A stretch of DNA of 64,000 bases from Spirochaetia bacterium. Lineage in GTDB: Bacteria > Spirochaetota > Spirochaetia > UBA9216. Of the stretch, positions 59,921-64,000 are shown in pieces. The notes below the pieces were generated by a model. The model worked only from the letters and a program-made list of their open reading frames with translations, was not told the DNA's origin and made no database searches. The translations under genes were made by a program, and so were the position numbers. The stretch covers positions 64,001 to 128,000 of the forward strand of contig OZ223269.1 in NCBI GenBank assembly GCA_965140585.1, given 5' to 3'. Position 1 is the stretch's first letter. Every line of letters starts with the position of its first letter.

Positions 59921-61432
59921 ATGGGTAAATATGTAATTGGACTGGACAACGGCGGCACAGTAATAAAGGCTGCGTTATTTGATCTTTCCGGCAGCCAGAT
60001 TGCGGTTGCATCAAGACAGACTCCTGTTATCACACCTAAACCCGGATACACTGAACGCGACATGGAAGCTCTCTGGCTGAAAAACTGTGAGTGTGTGAAG
60101 GAAGTAATAGAAAAATCATACGTGTCACCTGATTCCGTAAGCGGGATAGCTGTCTGCGGGCATGGAAAGGGACTGTATCTCTGGGGTAATGACGGAAAGC
60201 CGGCCTTCAACGGGATTGTCTCCACGGACAACCGTGCCTGGGAATATCCGCAAAAGTGGAAGGCTGACGGGACCTTTGACAAACTTTACCCCAAGCTCTG
60301 TCAGCAGCTTGTAGCCTGCCATCAGGTATCTCTTCTTGCCTGGCTGAAGGAGCATGAACCTGATATTTACAGCAACATAAAGTGGGTTTTCTCGGTGAAA
60401 GATTATATTAGATTTCGTCTCACAGGCGAAGCTTTTTCCGAGGCTACCGACATTTCCAGTTCAGGTCTGATGAACCTGCAGAGTGCCAGTTTTGATGCTG
60501 AAATGCTTGAGATGCTCGGTATTCCGGAGGTTTACAGCAGGCTTGCACCTCTAAAGTATTCATCTGATAACTGCGGAAGCATAACCGCGGAAGCTTCCAG
60601 GCTTACAGGACTTAAGGCAGGTACCCCGGTTGCCGGTGGAATGTTTGATATTGACGGCTGTGCTATTGCAATGGATATTACAAGACCCGAACAGCTCTGC
60701 ACAATTACAGGAACCTGGAGCGTAAATGAGTTCATAAATCCTGAACCCATAATCGGTACAAGTATAGCAATGAATTCACTGTTTGCCATTCCGGGCTATT
60801 ACCTTCTTGAAGAGTGCAGCCCCACAAGTGCGGGAAATCTTGAATGGATAATAGACAATATTCTGGATAAATCGGAAATACCCGAAGGTGTATCGAAATA
60901 CAGTTTTATCAATGAACTTGTTTCTTCAACCGAGGCTGCTGATACAGAGGTGTACTATCTACCGTTTCTGTACGGTTCTAATGCCCATCCTATGGCTAAG
61001 GGAAGTTTTATCGGGCTTACCACCTACCACAGCAGGGCACACATTTTACGAGCTGTTTTTGAGGGCGTTGCTTTTTCACATAAAATGCATATTGATAAAC
61101 TTCTTTCAGTCCGAGAGGCTCCCGAAGCTGTAAGGCTTGCAGGCGGTGCGGCTAATTCGCCCCTTTGGGTTCAGATATTTGCTGATGTTCTTGGACTTCC
61201 TGTTGAGACTGTCTCCGGTGTTTCAGAACTGGGTGCCATGGGTGCTGCAATGGCCGCAGCTGTTGCCGGAGGCGCTTTCAGTGATTACCGTCAGGCTGCA
61301 GCCGCTATGGTCAAGGTAAATGCGCCGGTACTTCCTGATGCTGAAAAAACTGAAATATACAGATTGAAATATGAAAAATACAGGGCTGTTGTTGAAGCCC
61401 TTGATACTGTCTGGGACAGGTTTCAGATATAG
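59921..61432 (+). CDS. FGGY carbohydrate kinase (L-xylulose/3-keto-L-gulonate kinase, LyxK-like)
   Basis: GLDNGGTVIKA, GHGKG, GTWS, YLPFLYGSN, QIFADV. Confidence 0.88.
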   Translation: MGKYVIGLDNGGTVIKAALFDLSGSQIAVASRQTPVITPKPGYTERDMEALWLKNCECVKEVIEKSYVSPDSVSGIAVCGHGKGLYLWGNDGKPAFNGIVSTDNRAWEYPQKWKADGTFDKLYPKLCQQLVACHQVSLLAWLKEHEPDIYSNIKWVFSVKDYIRFRLTGEAFSEATDISSSGLMNLQSASFDAEMLEMLGIPEVYSRLAPLKYSSDNCGSITAEASRLTGLKAGTPVAGGMFDIDGCAIAMDITRPEQLCTITGTWSVNEFINPEPIIGTSIAMNSLFAIPGYYLLEECSPTSAGNLEWIIDNILDKSEIPEGVSKYSFINELVSSTEAADTEVYYLPFLYGSNAHPMAKGSFIGLTTYHSRAHILRAVFEGVAFSHKMHIDKLLSVREAPEAVRLAGGAANSPLWVQIFADVLGLPVETVSGVSELGAMGAAMAAAVAGGAFSDYRQAAAAMVKVNAPVLPDAEKTEIYRLKYEKYRAVVEALDTVWDRFQI

Positions 61433-61468
61433 ATTTAACTTACATGATAAATAGGAGTACTGCGTAAA

Positions 61469-62332
61469 ATGAGTGAGTATATACTTGGGCTGTATGAAAA
61501 AAGCATGCCCGGTTTTCTGACGCTTGAAGAAAAACTATCAACAGCCGGTGAATGCGGTTTTGATTATATGGAACTGTCGATAGATGAAACTGATGAGAAG
61601 CTGGGGAGGCTGAAGTGGACAACTGAGCAGCGGAATGCACTTCGTAATTCTATTGAAAAAACCGGGGTTCCGGTCTATTCCATCTGCTTAAGCGGTCACC
61701 GCAAATATCCCCTTGGCCATCCTGATCCCGGTGTTCAGAAGCGAAGTCTTGAGATTATGGCTGATGCCGTTAATCTGGCGGCCGATATCGGAATTAGAAT
61801 AATTCAGATTGCCGGATATGATGTTTATTACGAAGATTCAACAGAGGAGAGTCGGGAAATCTTCGGGAAGAATCTCTCTGCCTCAGTAGAGATTGCCGCA
61901 CGTAAGGGTGTTACTCTAGCCTTTGAAACGATGGAAACAGAGCTTATAAATACTGTTGAAAAGGCTGCTGCGTGGGTGAAGCAGATTGACTCACCTTATC
62001 TTCAGATATATCCTGATATTGGAAATATAACCAATGCAGCTGTGTCTTATGGAACTGATTTTGCTGAGGATCTTAAAACGGGAAGGGGCCACATCAGTGC
62101 GGTACATCTTAAAGAGACTGTACCCGGAGTTTTTCGTGAGATGCCCTTCGGAACAGGCCATGTAGATTTTGATAGGGCATGTGAGGTCTCGCTGGCTCTT
62201 GGCTCGCGTATGTTTGTCGGCGAGTTCTGGTATACCGGCGAAGAAAACTGGAAAGAGATAATCTGCAGCAATAACGTGTTTTTAAGGACAGCCATTGAGA
62301 ACGGCTGGAAACGGTACAGGAAGAATAAATAA
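61469..62332 (+). CDS. ulaE: L-ribulose-5-phosphate 3-epimerase (UlaE/SgbU)
   Basis: LGLYEKS, ELSIDETDEKL, SICLSGHRKYPLG, AGYDVYY, YPDIGN, HLKE. Confidence 0.88.
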   Translation: MSEYILGLYEKSMPGFLTLEEKLSTAGECGFDYMELSIDETDEKLGRLKWTTEQRNALRNSIEKTGVPVYSICLSGHRKYPLGHPDPGVQKRSLEIMADAVNLAADIGIRIIQIAGYDVYYEDSTEESREIFGKNLSASVEIAARKGVTLAFETMETELINTVEKAAAWVKQIDSPYLQIYPDIGNITNAAVSYGTDFAEDLKTGRGHISAVHLKETVPGVFREMPFGTGHVDFDRACEVSLALGSRMFVGEFWYTGEENWKEIICSNNVFLRTAIENGWKRYRKNK

Positions 62333-62796
62333 TGATTTACGATACAGTTGATAACATCAGCAGCTACATGGGCCTGAGCCCCCTGATTGACAGGGCTCTG
62401 CAGATCATTTCATCAGGTAATGTTTTTAAATATGAACCCGGTGTTCACAGGATTGAAGGTGATGATCTACGGGTTCAGGTTTCAGATTACAGCACAAAGA
62501 ATCCTTCAGACATAAAATACGAAGCTCACGTAAAATATATCGACATACAGCTGCTTGGTTTCGGAAACGAGCTCTGCGGCTACAAACCGCTGAAGGGGCG
62601 TATTCCTGCAGGCAAGTTTAATACAGAATCAGATATCGGCTTCTTTGAAGAGGATGAGCTTCAGCAGATTATGCTTCCGCTGTCAAATACACGCTTTGCA
62701 ATCCTGTTCCCTCAGGATGCCCACAAGCCCTGCTGCCATCCTGATACAGGGGCTGAGGATATTCGAAAAATAGTAATTAAGGTTGCTGTAGTTTAA
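62332..62796 (+). CDS. YhcH/YjgK/YiaL family protein
   Basis: EAHVKYIDIQ, FPQDAHKP, IRKIVIKV. Confidence 0.9.
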   Translation: MIYDTVDNISSYMGLSPLIDRALQIISSGNVFKYEPGVHRIEGDDLRVQVSDYSTKNPSDIKYEAHVKYIDIQLLGFGNELCGYKPLKGRIPAGKFNTESDIGFFEEDELQQIMLPLSNTRFAILFPQDAHKPCCHPDTGAEDIRKIVIKVAVV

Positions 62797-62798
62797 AA

Positions 62799-64000
62799 TT
62801 ACAGGCTGTTTATCAAATCTCTGAACCGGTCGCCCCGATCGAATTCATTTTTAAACATACCGAATGACGCACAGCCCGGTGAGAGCACGGCAATCTGCCG
62901 ATGCCTTCCGGCTGCCTGTTTTCTTACATACTCCACCGCTTCTTCAAGACTTTTAAACGGGCCGCCATAGCTTATTCCTCTTGAGTTTAACAGACTGGTT
63001 ATCTTTTCATCGGCTGTGCCGGAAAGCAGACTGACAGCTTCAGCGCCTGCGGCTGCCTCTGCAAGCGGTGTGAAATCAAGGTTCTTATCGGCACCGCCTG
63101 CAATCAGGAAAACTCTCTTGTTGAAGCTTCCGGCTGCCGCGAGGGCTGCCTCCGGAATTGTTGCAGCTGAATCGTTATACCATCTGATATTGTCAAAGTT
63201 ACGGACAAACTCAAGCCGGTGCCTTATTCCGGGAAACTCCGAAAGCCCTATCCTTATAGTTTCAGGTTCTAATCCGAAAAGAAGGCAGACTTCACCGGCA
63301 GCCAGCAGATTGAGCCGGTTATGCTTGCCCGGCAGTGTATTCTCATTATTCAGTATCTTTACAGACTCACCATCCTCGTTGATAAAGTATCCGCCGTCAT
63401 TTTCAAGAAAGGCCCCGGAATAGTTTTCAGGAAGGTTTTCAGAATAATCAGCTGTAAAAAATGAAGGTGCTGCATTGCAGCCGTTAAAAAATCTTTCTGT
63501 ATACGGACAGTCAAGGTTGAAAACTGTATACTCTTTGACAGTCTGTGCTTCAAATATAACAGCCTTGTCATCGGCATATTCATCCATTGAGGAATATCTG
63601 TCCTGATGGTCATGCATGATATTGGTGATTAATGATACCTTTGGTTTCAAAAGCTCCATTCCCCGCAGATCGGACAGCTGCCATGAGGATAGTTCAAGAA
63701 TGACCGGAGCATCAGATTCTGATGTGCATTCGTCAATAAAGGTGAGGGGAGACACTGTGATATTTCCACCCAGAACTGTATCGGGATAAACCATCTTCAT
63801 TACATGGTTAATTGCCGAAACCGTGGTTGATTTTCCCTTGCTGCCTGTTACCGCAATGACCGGCCTTTTATTGAACCTCAGGAATACCGATATATCGGTT
63901 TCAAGCTGCTTTGCGGCCTTCAAATAAGGTGAATCAGGCCTGACTGCCGGGTTTTTGATGACAATATCAGCATTTTCAAAATCTTCGATATCATGTCTGC
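62799..64000 (-). CDS. murD: UDP-N-acetylmuramoyl-L-alanine--D-glutamate ligase, 5' partial
   Basis: KNPAV, VTGSKGKSTT, ELSSWQL, HRLE, NDSAAT, SPGCASFGMF.NEFDRG; frame open to window end. Confidence 0.95.
   Translation of the reverse strand, partial: RHDIEDFENADIVIKNPAVRPDSPYLKAAKQLETDISVFLRFNKRPVIAVTGSKGKSTTVSAINHVMKMVYPDTVLGGNITVSPLTFIDECTSESDAPVILELSSWQLSDLRGMELLKPKVSLITNIMHDHQDRYSSMDEYADDKAVIFEAQTVKEYTVFNLDCPYTERFFNGCNAAPSFFTADYSENLPENYSGAFLENDGGYFINEDGESVKILNNENTLPGKHNRLNLLAAGEVCLLFGLEPETIRIGLSEFPGIRHRLEFVRNFDNIRWYNDSAATIPEAALAAAGSFNKRVFLIAGGADKNLDFTPLAEAAAGAEAVSLLSGTADEKITSLLNSRGISYGGPFKSLEEAVEYVRKQAAGRHRQIAVLSPGCASFGMFKNEFDRGDRFRDLINSL

Noticed and set aside
1-64000. CRISPR array, rRNA, tRNA, IS or prophage
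   Set aside because: No regularly spaced direct repeats, cloverleaf, transposase, integrase or phage genes were recognised; intergenic gaps are short.

Overview
Bacterial chromosomal window, most likely from a free-living spirochaete (Spirochaetaceae-like). This is inferred from the protein families present, not from a marker gene. It is mostly housekeeping and metabolic genes: mtnA, mobA, hisG/hisI, dinB, ddl, murE, murD, queD, a DEAD-box helicase, hflKC, metG, a FemAB-family ligase, an HD-GYP/hybrid kinase pair and an L-xylulose kinase/epimerase cluster. An accessory block (about 36.4-52.9 kb) holds a type I restriction-modification locus with an inserted RhuM-Fic gene and many small detox-type genes. 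Highlights: (1) an ECF sigma factor fused to a flagellar-rotor FliG-like domain, with an ECF-type promoter and an internal in-frame start; (2) an SPS-1-like metallo-beta-lactamase (His116->Gly) translationally coupled to hsdM; (3) a yjdF riboswitch upstream of a DUF2992 gene; (4) many apparently leaderless promoters; (5) a dense hairpin array after hflC; (6) two pseudogenes. No rRNA, tRNA, CRISPR array, transposase or integrase was seen. All family assignments come from reading motifs by eye; no searches were run.
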